A stretch of DNA of 33,559 nucleotides, taken from the NCBI RefSeq assembly GCF_001194135.2, contig NC_068987.1:17836196-17869754 (forward strand). The letters run 5' to 3'. Source of the stretch: Octopus bimaculoides. Its lineage: Eukaryota. Under the pieces are notes generated by a model, which worked only from the letters and a program-made list of their open reading frames with translations, was not told the origin of the DNA and searched no databases. Positions 11,402 to 23,069 of this stretch are shown here, piece by piece. How positions within the stretch are numbered: position 1 is the first letter of the stretch; every line of letters starts with the position of its first letter. The translations under genes were made by a program, and so were the position numbers.

Positions 11402-12162
11402 NNNNNNNNNNNNNNNNNNNNNNNNNNNNNNNNNNNNNNNNNNNNNNNNNNNNNNNNNNNNNNNNNNNNNNNNNNNNNNNNNNNNNNNNNNNNNNNNNNN
11501 NNNNNNNNNNNNNNNNNNNNNNNNNNNNNNNNNNNNNNNNNNNNNNNNNNNNNNNNNNNNNNNNNNNNNNNNNNNNNNNNNNNNNNNNNNNNNNNNNNNN
11601 NNNNNNNNNNNNNNNNNNNNNNNNNNNNNNNNNNNNNNNNNNNNNNNNNNNNNNNNNNNNNNNNNNNNNNNNNNNNNNNNNNNNNNNNNNNNNNNNNNNN
11701 NNNNNNNNNNNNNNNNNNNNNNNNNNNNATATATGCATGTTTGTGTGTGTCTGGGTGTATGAAAGTGTATGCGTGTATTTGTGCATATGGGTCTGTAACT
11801 ATGCGACTATATGTTCATGTATGCGGCATTTCTCACTATAGACTGCACTATATTTATTACATTTCTGTAGACCAAAATTCTCTCTGACAATGAATTGTAG
11901 TATAATAAAAACAAAGATTTAATTAAGTTTACAGCTTTTGTACTTACTCTGGTTGTTTGTCTCCAGCTTTATACCATTGAATATTTTTACAGAAAGGTTG
12001 TGCTATGCTTCAAGCATTTTTCTTTTGCTTAATCTTTTCGTCTGAAGGAAGTAGCGCCTGTAGGCCTTCACAGGAATAGTAAGGAGAGCGTTAAGGTCAT
12101 CTTCTTAGTCAACGATTGTAAGTAAAATAGACGTAGATTTTGACGGGGGAATGGTCGAATAT

Positions 12163-12363
12163 AGGCGCAGACATAGTAGTTTGTTTAAGAAGCTTGCTTT
12201 GTAATCACACGATTTGGGGTTCAGTCCCACTGTGCAGCAGATTGAGCTAGTGTCTCTTACTACACTCCCGTTCCGGCTAGTGTCTCTCACTATACTCACG
12301 TTCCGGGTAGACCATTGCCTGGTGAGTGAGTTTTGTAGATAGAAACTGTGTAAGAGCCCGCCG

Positions 12364-12365
<2 letters not shown>
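12163..12365 (+). mobile_element. SINE family B, 5' half
   Basis: AGGCGCAGAC...TAAGAAGCTTGC...GGGTTCAGTCCCACTG head, continuing to GTAGATAGAAACTG...GCCCGCCGTAT, followed by the internal microsatellite. Confidence 0.8.
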
Positions 12366-12429
<64 letters not shown>

Positions 12430-12439
12430 GATATATATA

Positions 12440-12640
12440 TATTCGCCATGATAGATCGATAGCCGCTACACGTTCCTTTTTTCTCCTTGTCTCTTTCTGT
12501 GTTCTTTTCTGTGGAAGAGCGTAGGCTCGAAATGTTAAAGACTTTTTCACTTCCCGAGCGTTATACTAACACATATGTTTGTTGTCTACACCACCTGTCT
12601 TCGTCTTTTGTTTGTTTTTTTTTTTGTGAATTCTTCCCCT
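12440..12640 (+). mobile_element. hammerhead-like repeat family 2, copy 1
   Basis: Homologous to the reverse complement of 31451-31590 (GAAGAGCGTAGGCTCGAAA, CCCGAGCGTTATA, TGTCTTCGTCT, GTGAATTCT) and flanked by (TA)n. Confidence 0.8.
12504..12541 (+). ncRNA. hammerhead-like motif with variant core (CUGUGGA)
   Basis: CTTTT CTGTGGA A GAGC gtag GCTC GAAA TGTT AAAG: perfect 4-bp stem II and 4-bp stem I, but U at core position 6. Confidence 0.45.
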
Positions 12641-12694
12641 ATATATATATATGCATGTATCAGTCTGTTTCTCCCTGTGTCAATGCGTGCGTAT

Positions 12695-12910
12695 CTTTTT
12701 GTCTCTCTGTCACCCGCCCCTACTGACTTGAAAACCCGTGTTGCATGGCTTGCGTCCCCGTAACTTATTGGCTCGGCAAAACAGAAGGATAGAATAAGTA
12801 TCAGGCTTTCAAAATACCGTAAGTACTGGAAGCGTTTTGTTCGACTAAATTTTTCAAGATAGTGCCCTAACATGTCGTAGTCCAATCACTGAAACAAGTA
12901 AAAGATAAAA
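12695..12910 (+). mobile_element. SINE family B, 3' half
   Basis: GTCCCCGTAACTTA...GGCAAAA...GATAGAATAAGTA...CACTGAAACAAGTAAAAGATAAAA matches the reverse complement of 2562-2750. Confidence 0.85.
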
Positions 12911-12964
12911 AGTAGAACCTAAGAGAGAATATAATCCACCAACTACATACATGCATGAGATGGT

Positions 12965-13100
12965 GTTTAAACCTGCACCGCATTGAGCCGACTACCAAGG
13001 TACGACAATGGAACCTATGATGGGTTTCACAGTTTCCACTAACCTAATTTCAGTCACAATGTTTTGGCAGGTCTGAAGTAGATGGATAAGACTGGTATGG
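12965..13100 (-). mobile_element. SINE family B fragment, degenerate
   Basis: TTTCACAGTTTCC...TCACAATGTTTTGG resembles 2790-2850. Confidence 0.5.
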
Positions 13101-14511
13101 GTATCGAGAACTGGTTTTCATGGTATCGATTGACATCTCTCCTTATAATTAATTCGTGAAGAATATTTCGTAGTGTCTAATTGAATTAATTTATCTTAGG
13201 GAAGATCATATATTTATTCAAGAGGCATTTCATCTTTAAAAACACATCTACTGGCCATGACTGGATTGCCATTCATCATAAGAATAATATAGGTCTAGGC
13301 AAAAGTAATAAATATCGATGATTCCTATTGAAAATCTTCGGTTGCTTCCCCGAGTAAAAGGCTATTAAGAAAAATTGAAACTCAAGTAATTTTATCGTGG
13401 AAAATTCATAACAGTCATTAAAACTAGATATGCCAAGACATGCAATCTTGTTTCAAAATGATATAGATTATTAAAAATTCTATTTCCTATAAAATTTCTT
13501 TAGTTGCTTGTCTGCGTGGATGGTCACTGATTTCGTGCAAGATCATGGTTTGAAACTCAAATTGAAACTAAAATAATAGCATAGTAGGGGAGACATAATA
13601 GCCATTAAAACCAGATAAGCACTGATATTCAATTTTGTTTTTATATACTACTATATTATTAACTATGAAAATCTTTAGTCGTTATCTCCGTTTAATGTTA
13701 TCAATTTTGCTTCTCTTTAATGGAAATTGATAAAGTTACGTATGACTACTAGTAACACTCAGAAGCTTTTTTGCCTATAAATTCGTCTGTAACAGACTGT
13801 AGAGACTCTACCCCATTAGGCGTAATGGTATTTTATCGACCTAATGGGTCACCGGACGTTACATAAGTGTATTTAATTGCGGTACTATAGTAATATTAAC
13901 AGAAAGCAAAAATAACAGAAGTGCTTCTATAACTAGTTCGCTTAATTCATTTCATTTACGACCACACTCAGACGTTTCGGAAACGCATGAAGACCATAAC
14001 ATCAGTTTTCATTACTTTTTTTTATTACATTGGTTTTCTATATTTCTAATGTATTTATCCCATCAGAGCTGTTATATAAATATATGTACATGTGTCGCAT
14101 GTGTGAATATATATATATATGTGTGCGTGTGTGTGTATATANNNNNNNNNNNNNNNNNNNNNNNNNNNNNNNNNNNNNNNNNNNNNNNNNNNNNNNNNNN
14201 NNNNNNNNNNNNNNNNNNNNNNNNNNNNNNNNNNNNNNNNNNNNNNNNNNNNNNNNNNNNNNNNNNNNNNNNNNNNNNNNNNNNNNNNNNNNNNNNNNNN
14301 NNNNNNNNNNNNNNNNNNNNNNNNNNNNNNNNNNNNNNNNNNNNNNNNNNNNNNNNNNNNNNNNNNNNNNNNNNNNNNNNNNNNNNNNNNNNNNNNNNNN
14401 NNNNNNNNNNNNNNNNNNNNNNNNNNNNNNNNNNNNNNNNNNTATATATATGTATATATGTATGCATCCATGTATGTATATAGATATATATATTTACTTA
14501 TACATATATAT

Positions 14512-14590
<79 letters not shown>

Positions 14591-15278
14591 CACATATATA
14601 AACATATACATATATTCTTATGCATATATATGTGTGTGTGTGAGTGTGTGTGTGTGTGTAAGTATATATATATACATGCATGCATGCATTTGTTGTTGTG
14701 TGTCTCTGAAGCAGACAATTTTATAACTCCCATGTTAAAGAAGCTACTTAAATTATTCATCTCTAGACACGTACCACGAAGAAATACTTACCCAGGTGAT
14801 CAGCTGATCTCCTCTACAACATATCTCTCCCCATCACACGTTTTATCTCTGTAGCCATTAAGCTTAAGCAATTACAACACAAAAATAACCATTATTATTT
14901 CTAATTTTATTCAAATATCAACGCTTTCCAGTTCAACGGTGTATGTGTATCTTCCCTATACTTTCGTTGAAATAATATGAATGTAATGGATAACTAATGA
15001 ACAGAATTACAGCCAATTCTTAATTCAATTAACGTGTTAACTTTATCGTTTAAATTGGTTTAGTGGAACGAATACTTTTCTCGCATTAAAGTTCAATCAA
15101 AATTAAGTAACAACTTTATGTACAACAACGTCAATACTAATCGGTCTAAACACATACCAACATGTTGTTATTACTTATAACACTCTTCTGAATAGTGCAT
15201 TATCATCACTTCTTGATATCATTCTTCTTCTTCCTCTTCTTCTTCTTGTTATTGTTGTTGTTGTTGTTGTTGTTGTTG

Positions 15279-15643
15279 CCTTTGCTCAGCTTCTAACGCT
15301 GGAGATGTACTACAGTGTCAGCTGTTCACTACCAGTGAACTAAGGTAGCACCTCTTATTTTTCGAGCACCTTCCGGAGTATTCGAGTGGTTCCAAGTAGT
15401 GCTGTTTTCTGCTAGTGCTCCACCCTTATTGCGGCCCCTATTTGTTCCACGTACTTCTCGAGATTTTTGCTCACTGTTCCCAGTGCTCCGACAATTATTG
15501 GTACTACTGCTACCTTTTTCATCGACCACAACTGCTTAACTTCCCAAGCTAACCTGTCATATCTCTCAACTTTTCTTTCTTCCTTATCGCATACCTTGTC
15601 GTCACCTGGGCATGCTATATCTATGATCCAGCATAGTTTGTTT
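15279..15643 (-). mobile_element. R4/Dong-type RLE non-LTR retrotransposon, 5'-truncated 3' end (endonuclease C-terminus plus 3' UTR)
   Basis: Translation KLCWIIDIACPGDDKVCDKEERKVERYDRLAWEVKQLWSMKKVAVVPIIVGALGTVSKNLEKYVEQIGAAIRVEH*QKTALLGTTRILRKVLEK*. Single premature TAG at 15412-14, natural stop at 15355-57. Motifs match the restriction-like endonuclease C-terminus of R4/Dong elements. A 7-bp hairpin lies in the 3' UTR (15324-15340). Confidence 0.9.
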
Positions 15644-15658
15644 ATTATTATTATTTTT

Positions 15659-15699
<41 letters not shown>

Positions 15700-15720
15700 T
15701 ATTATTATTATTATTATTAT

Positions 15721-15813
<93 letters not shown>
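15644..15813. repeat. compound (ATT)n/(CAT)n microsatellite
   Basis: Direct repeats. Confidence 0.97.
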
Positions 15814-16603
15814 AGTTCAGTAATCTTATTTTTTTCACGTGCCTTCACTGCACCACTGAGCACAGCTCTGAGTGCCTTGGGTATGTGCTGTGGTTTGTTG
15901 TGGTGCTCTTATTTTCACTATTGAAAGTGTTTTACGTAGAATGTGTGCGGTGCTAGTTTCTGTATGTTATATATACTTATATACTTGTTAGCCCTGATGT
16001 TTTTGCTATGTATTTGTCTGAATGCTTTTTTTTTTCCATCATACCTAATGCACCTACTATGATAGGAATTGTTTCTGTTTTTAGGTTCCACATTCGAATC
16101 GAAAAGATTCAGGAGTGATATTATGGTTAGAAGGAGAAACCATTACTTCGAATCTTATGCTCAACCCTGTCCTATGTCGTTGGTTGGGAGGTATTTATTA
16201 CAATAACTTTTTCTTATTTCTCGACATTTGATACTACTCTGGTGATATGACATTTTAATAAATATGAATATGGTGATGGGGTACCCCATGTATTGAGAGA
16301 TGAGCATGTAATGATTTGAACTTATTTGTATTTGACTCCATACTTCAAGTTTCCCATTTGCTATGAGAGATTTCTAATATCATTCTATGTTTCTTCGCTC
16401 TAATCTCACATCACTCTGCAGACCATGCCTCAGGAGTTAAAAAGCTATACAGAGGATGTTTTCCTAAATTTTTTTCTTCAAAACAAATTTGCTAATTGGA
16501 AAATAGTCGCTGAAAATAACATCTACATAAGTAATCATGTAAAGTAAATGCGCATATACATACAGGCACACAAATACACACACATACATGTATATATATA
16601 AGC

Positions 16604-16638
<35 letters not shown>

Positions 16639-17894
16639 ATTATATTATTATCATCATCACTTTAATTATGGTACGAAGTGACACTGTACGAAATTAATCC
16701 TATTGTTGTAGCCATTTTTATTTGCTCGTGTGATCCAGTGTATGACACTGTCAGATTTGATCTCAATACCAAAAGAGATAAAGAGATTAATAAATAATAG
16801 TTTTGATGAAAAGTTTTAATACCAGATAAAGAATCAATTGAATAAGTCAGTAAACTCAGTGAAAGATGAACGTATTAAAAAGACAACCAGAGGTGTAATT
16901 AGATATATTTTGTCTGTAGCAAATACATTTCCTTGATATAAAGGAAAAATATAAACAGATTTTGTCAGTAGCTTCAGTTTTAGTCACACAAATTGCTTCA
17001 ATATTTCCGTCTATAAATAAAACATTATCAAACAGTGTAGAAATAATCTGACAACCTAATGATAAAGCATTTATCACACGCCATCATCAATGTCTGATAT
17101 AACTTCCAATATATATTCGCTCAGATAATGATATACAAAGAAATTTACTTGTTTATACATTGGATATTATATAGTATTATACAATGATATTACTCTTGGC
17201 AATTTTGTCACCTATCGTGAGCAAGTCAAGTATATTAATTGACTACTGGTTTTACAACCGTGAATTATAGGTTGTTGCAGATGTTTTCGTTGTACTTTTA
17301 CCCAAAATTCTAGTCCTGCTAGCATACGGATATAAACACTTTCAGGTGTGATTCTTTAGATTTTTGAATACATAAAGAAGACAACGCCCAAACAATCAAC
17401 TATGCACGTCTCAAAGAAATCATAAACATAATGCTATATATTGAACTCTTCTTTCACTTTATAAATTTTGCGACGTCGCATTTTTTTCTATAGCAGTGTA
17501 TCTAAATAGAAGAAAATTTATGATGTCTGCTACACAATTAAATTCAAAGCCACAGAAATTAATAATGGATAATAATATTCGTAAAATAAAACAAAAGCAT
17601 GTTCTGTGTTGAGAAGTGAATACTTGTGTCAATGGAGGAAGCTTCTTCAAAAAAATTAACAAGAGTCGAGGTTTTTTTAACATTATGTTTTTAATGGCTA
17701 AGGTTATCCTGTCGCTCAGAGTTACAATATACATGTTGATTTGGTTGAGCAGACCTGCGATCAAATTGTAAACATACCGCTTTCTTTTGGTCAGAAATCG
17801 TGGTAAAAACGGGAGCAAAGATGATACGAAACAGCACTGTCGCACGGTAATGCAGGTCTTTGGTGTTGTTTAGTCTCAAAACAACTCTGGTTTT

Positions 17895-18075
17895 GTTCTA
17901 TATTTAAGAGATGAAGAATTATGTACATCATTTACATTATTTACATTCGACGGATGTTTGTCCTCATCTTGTTTGTTGTTAACACAACGTTTTGGCTGAT
18001 ATACCCTCCAGCCTTCTTCAAGTGTCGTGGGGAAATTTCGAGCCTGGGTTTTCATTCCTATGGTATTTTTCGATG
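17895..18075 (-). mobile_element. hammerhead-bearing repeat family 1, copy 3 (core mutated)
   Basis: Colinear with 5157-5309. Minus strand 17981-18026 reads GACAC UUGAAGA A GGCUG gagggUauau CAGCC AAAA CGUU GUGUU, with C3U and G12A substitutions. Confidence 0.85.
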
Positions 18076-18105
18076 TTATTATTATTATTGTTATTATTAT
18101 TATTA

Positions 18106-18183
<78 letters not shown>

Positions 18184-18201
18184 ATCATTATTATTATTAT
18201 T
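18076..18201. repeat. (ATT)n microsatellite
   Basis: Direct repeats. Confidence 0.97.
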
Positions 18202-18256
18202 CAAGATGAGGACAAATATCCGTCGAATGTAAATAACGTAGATAATGTAAATAATA
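18202..18256 (+). mobile_element. repeat family 1, 3' fragment, inverted relative to copy 3
   Basis: CAAGATGAGGACAAATATCCGTCGAATGTAAATAA matches 5797-5831 and the reverse complement of about 17935-17972. Confidence 0.85.
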
Positions 18257-19557
18257 AAGTCTGATTTTTCACACTTATGACCACTTGCGTTCTAACCACG
18301 AAAACCCAGTCAATTATTTTTCAGATATAATGCGTCTGTTTACTTTTAGACGGTAGATTAGAACGTTGTTTCAAGCACAGATACCTCCGTTTGGCTAGAT
18401 GTGCAATATAGTTTAAATCACAAAGAACAGACGGGTAGCTTCCATAATCTGATTAAGAGTGGAGTTGGTATTGAATATCATTAGAGGTAAACGAAGCGTT
18501 GAAAATACTTAATTTTGAGCTATAATCTGTACCTCAGCCAATCTAATGACCCAGTCAACCTGTTTATTATTGTGTACAATTAATTATTGAGAAATAACTG
18601 ACATTGCTAGAGGTAAATAATAGTTTTAATGAATGCAAGAGTAGATTTAATGACAGTTTTAATGAAAGCAAGAGCAAGCATTAGTAGATTGTATCTACAG
18701 GGCCTAAACCGGGATGCCTTTCATTTCACTTATTTCCCAAGTGTCTAGTTTCCACTCGTAATCATAAATTAGTTTATAGAGGAAATATTATAACAAATCG
18801 GACTAAACCTTTATACACATCTCATCGGACTCTGAGAGTCAATTTAAGGACTTGTGTTCATTTATTTCGATAAATTTGTTCGCCATGGATAAGGGTAGAC
18901 ATTTTATGTTTCAAGTAAAATTCATCAGTCAGAGAAAAAGGAAATGCTTTTTAAGGAAAGACTTTTGCGACCAGCAAGTTGTATCACCTTTCTCCGAGGA
19001 GCGACTATGACCGAAATTTTAGAATTCCCTCATTCCAGATGGGCAAACAAACATATTCCAATAAGGTAATTTGTCGATATCTAAGCTCATGGAGCAATAC
19101 AGAGATACATTGAAAAACTACTGAAATCATTGGAATAAAGCGATTTAGAAAGCCATTAGCTTCTAGATTTAAATAGATTTCCCTTCGATTTGGTTGGATT
19201 AAGGCTTTAGTTATTCAAACAACAGAACTACAAAGAAAATTATACTGTAATCAGTCTTGGTAATTGTTTGGCATCTTAACAGAAATTTCACACTGACTCA
19301 GCTGTAAATTACCTGTGAGAATAAAAGACTTTCCATATATATATATCTATATGTTCATGCAATGAGCCTCGAACCAGTATATGCCTACTGAAACTCATTT
19401 CTTTACAAAGGCAACATGAGGCTAAAGCTAGTAGCCAAATCTCCCCCGAAGTCATTATACAAGACAGCCTTAAATGAAGAAGATTCCTTTTATAAAATAC
19501 TCTGAAGTATATTATTTTTGAGGTAGGAAAAAAATGGTCATGTGAAATTAGAATGCT

Positions 19558-19762
19558 CATCGGTGCCAAGCTGTATCGGCTTTTGCCTTTCCCTCTGATA
19601 ACATTGATAGCATAGTGTGGGGAGGCTGGTATGCACGGACGACTGCTGGTCTTCCATAAACAATCTTGCCAGGACTTGTACCTTGGAGTGGAACTTTCTA
19701 GGTACAATCCCATTTTCATCCATGACCAAAGTGTGGGGGGGGGTCTTTACTCTTTACCCTTT
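19558..19762 (+). mobile_element. 3' portion of a SINE-like repeat (family E), head missing
   Basis: GGTGCCAAGCTGTATCGG...GGGGAGGCTGGTATGCA...CTTCCATAAACAA...CTTTACTCTTTACC tail. Recognised from memory as an octopus repeat; single copy in this window. Confidence 0.55.
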
Positions 19763-19891
19763 TGTATTTAATATTCATACAAAATTCGTCCGGGTCCCTT
19801 AGCTTAATAGTACAAAGCCCGGAATTTCACCGGAATTTAAGTGGTACATGGTCCGGTTCTCACAGAAGACTTGCAGGCCACATTTTATGAA

Positions 19892-20067
19892 GCTGCGAGC
19901 TGGCAGAATTGTTAGCACGCCGTGAAAAATGCTTAGCGGCATTAGGTTCGAAGTCGACTATACCTTTCATTCATTCGGGGTCGGTAAAATCAATAACAGC
20001 TGAAGACTGGGCTCGATGAAACCGAACTACCCGCTCCTCCAAACGTCCTGCCAAAATTTGAAACCAA
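19892..20067 (+). mobile_element. SINE family A with internal deletion
   Basis: GCGAGCTGGCAGAATTGTTAGCACGCC head, GAAGTCGACTATACCTTTCATTC body, CCAAAATTTGAAACCA tail; the B-box region is shortened. Confidence 0.8.
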
Positions 20068-20571
20068 TATTTATACAAAAGTCTTGAAATTGTAGAATCA
20101 TACTTTTAGCGGCAACAAACGTGTGTCAAACCACCTTGTATCATATAATATTTCACCTATAACTTATTGACAACGATTTCTGATCTTCTTTTGATGTCAC
20201 TATGATTAATACTGACAGTATCGTTCAAGACTATATTTAAATGTCATCTTCGGTGTTTATACATACTATACAAACTTAAACCAAATGTCTATGCACATAC
20301 GTATAACTGTATATAAATTTCAAAAGTATATGTTAAAAGGAAATCTTCAAGTCAAAATGTAGACTTCGCGCAAAGAAAATAACCGATCAATCCCCAGTAA
20401 TACTCACAACTCACCTGTTATTAGTAGGTGTAGCTATGTTTTACTATCATCTATATGCATACATATATCTTGGTATCAATATATATATAGACACGCACAT
20501 ATATAAATACACATACGCACACGCACGCACAAATACTCATACACACACAAACCCACACAAACACACACACA

Positions 20572-20611
<40 letters not shown>

Positions 20612-20924
20612 NNNNNNNNNNNNNNNNNNNNNNNNNNNNNNNNNNNNNNNNNNNNNNNNNNNNNNNNNNNNNNNNNNNNNNNNNNNNNNNNNNNNNNNNN
20701 NNNNNNNNNNNNNNNNNNNNNNNNNNNNNNNNNNNNNNNNNNNNNNNNNNNNNNNNNNNNNNNNNNNNNNNNNNNNNNNNNNNNNNNNNATACAATATAT
20801 ATGCATGTACATGTATACGAGAAAGCAGCAACTATATATACATATATATATATATAAAAATGAAGGTGGCCTCTTTTCAATTTTACAACCGAAAGGGAGA
20901 AATATATGTCGCTAACGTGACTAA

Positions 20925-21126
20925 GCACCAGTATTGCTAGAAATAAGAGTCAAAACAACACATAGCCACGAGAAACACTTATGTAAATGACTGACAAGGG
21001 AAACAAGCTACCCTGAAGACCCGGCTTGCATACGTTGCCATGGTTGGATGCTGGGGGGACTTTGGCTTCCATGCCTTTCTCGTGGCTATGAGATGTTTTG
21101 ACTCTTATTTCTAGCAATGCTGGTGC
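20925..21126. mobile_element. 202-bp MITE, 51-bp TIRs, TAA TSD (PIF/Harbinger-like)
   Basis: 20925-20975 and 21076-21126 are inverted with 3 mismatches; TAA at 20922-24 and 21127-29; 100-bp spacer. Confidence 0.75.
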
Positions 21127-21153
21127 TAACTAGTGCCCGTATATTACATACAC

Positions 21154-21246
<93 letters not shown>

Positions 21247-21454
21247 NNNNNNNNNNNNNNNNNNNNNNNNNNNNNNNNNNNNNNNNNNNNNNNNNNNNNN
21301 NNNNNNNNNNNNNNNNNNNNNNNNNNNNNNNNNNNNNNNNNNNNNNNNNNNNNNNNNNNNNNNNNNNNNNNNNNNNNNNNNNNNNNNNNNNNNNNNNNNN
21401 NNNNNNNNNNNNNNNNNNNNNNNNNNNNNNNNNNNNNNNNNNNNNNNNNNNNNN

Positions 21455-21501
<47 letters not shown>

Positions 21502-21580
21502 TATATATATATATGTATATAATATGGTAACATTAAATACATAATACATAATACATAATTCATAGTGATATTGTCGTGCT

Positions 21581-21915
21581 TTGGAAGACTATTCCAATAA
21601 TAAATATGGTAATGATAATAGTGAAAGCTTTGCAGTTGTTCTAGTCGTTATCACGATCATCATCAACACCATTAGCAGCAGCAGCAGCAGCAGCAATATT
21701 GAGATCATCATCTTCGTCGTTGTTGTCATCACCATCGTCGTCATGACGAGGATCATCATCACCAACATCACTATCATCATTATCATCAGCGTTGTTGTAG
21801 TGGCTGATATTTTTGTTTTTTTTTTATATGATGATCATCATCATGACTGCTATTATTTTGACATTTTTATCTTTCTTACTATCATGAACATCATCATCTT
21901 CATCGACATAAAAAA
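21581..21915. repeat. degenerate (CAT/CAG/CGT)n low-complexity region
   Basis: Direct. Confidence 0.85.
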
Positions 21916-22166
21916 AAATGCAAAAATATCATCATAACTTTCAGAAATACAAGAGTTCAAAAGTTGGTTTTTCTTCTGAAACAATAAGATATAACTTGTT
22001 GAAATCGCTACAATTTTGTACAAAATACGTTGTAGTATTTAATCCGCCCTTTGCAACCTAATTTCAAATCCCATCATTCTTTCGGATATATCTAAAATAA
22101 AGTATTTGAGAAGTACTGGTTTCCAAAATTGTTGCCAAAATTTATATCATCATTATAGTTGGTGTG

Positions 22167-22552
22167 GTGGAGGCGCAATGGCCCAGTGGTTAGGGCAGCG
22201 GACTCACGGTCATAGGATCGCGGTTTCGATTCGCAGACCGCGCGTTGTGAGTGTTTATTGAGCGAAAACACCTAAAAGCTCCACGAGGCTCCTGCAGGGC
22301 ATGGTAGCGAACCCTGCTGTACTCTTTCACCACAACTTTCTCTCACTCTTTCTTCCTGTTTCTGTTGTGCCTTTAATTCAAAGGGTCAGCCTTGTCACAC
22401 TGTATCACGCTGAATATCCCCGAGAACTAAGTTAAGGGTACACATGTCTGTGGAGTGCTCAGCCACTTGCACGTTAATTTCACGAGCAGGCTGTTCCGTT
22501 GATCGGATCAACTGGAACCCTCGACGTCGTAAGCGACGGAGTGCCAACAACA
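22167..22552 (+). mobile_element. SINE family C, full length, 9-bp TSD ATAGTTGGT
   Basis: A box TGGCCCAGTGG, B box GTTTCGATTC, tail GGAGTGCCAACAAC. TSD at 22155-63 and 22553-61. Homologous to 29790-30120. Confidence 0.9.
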
Positions 22553-22590
22553 ATAGTTGGTATTATCATTATTATAATTTTATAAGGTAA

Positions 22591-22806
22591 GGCGGAGGGC
22601 TGGCAGAATCGTTAGCACGCCGGTCGAAATGCTTAGCAGTAATTCGTCTATCTTAACGTTCTGAGTTCAAATTCCACCGAAGTCGAATATGCCTTTCATC
22701 CTTTCGGTGTCGATAAATTAAGTACCAGTTGCGTACTGCGGTCGATCTAATCGACTAGCCCCCTATCTAAAATTTTGAGGCCTTGTGTCTAGAGTAGAAA
22801 AGAATT
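22591..22806 (+). mobile_element. SINE family A, full length
   Basis: GGCGGAGGGCTGGCAGAATCGTTAGCACGCC head, GAGTTCAAATTCC, family A body, tail GGCCTTGTGTCTAGAGTAGAAAAGAATT. Confidence 0.9.
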
Positions 22807-23000
22807 GTTAGTACGTCGGGCAAAATGCATATCGGTATTTCGCCCGTCGTTACGTTCTGAGTTCAAATTCTGTCGAGGCTGATTTTACCTTTCATTCGTG
22901 AGGGATCGATAAATTAAGTACCAGTCAAGCACTGGGTTCTATGCAATCGACTTACCCCCTCCCACCAAAACTGCTGCTCTTGTGGCAAAATTTGAAATCA
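22807..23000 (+). mobile_element. SINE family A, directly tandem to the previous copy
   Basis: Starts GTTAGTACGTCGGGCAAAATGC; tail CTTGTGGCAAAATTTGAAATCA. Confidence 0.87.
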
Positions 23001-23069
23001 TATAAAAGTAATTACATGCGACTTTCATTAACTGAGTTGTTACTAAATATTTTCTAACAACAAACCTCT

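Noticed and set aside
13968-14010. Minus-strand CTGATGT...CCGAAACGTC
   Set aside because: A9 is missing, the stem II base does not pair and there is no stem I.
14786-14862. Minus-strand strong donor TGG/GTAAGT
   Set aside because: All frames upstream of the donor contain stops; no coding support.
17459-17845. 128-aa non-repetitive ORF on the minus strand
   Set aside because: No recognisable motif and no splice or codon support; compatible with chance in AT-rich DNA.
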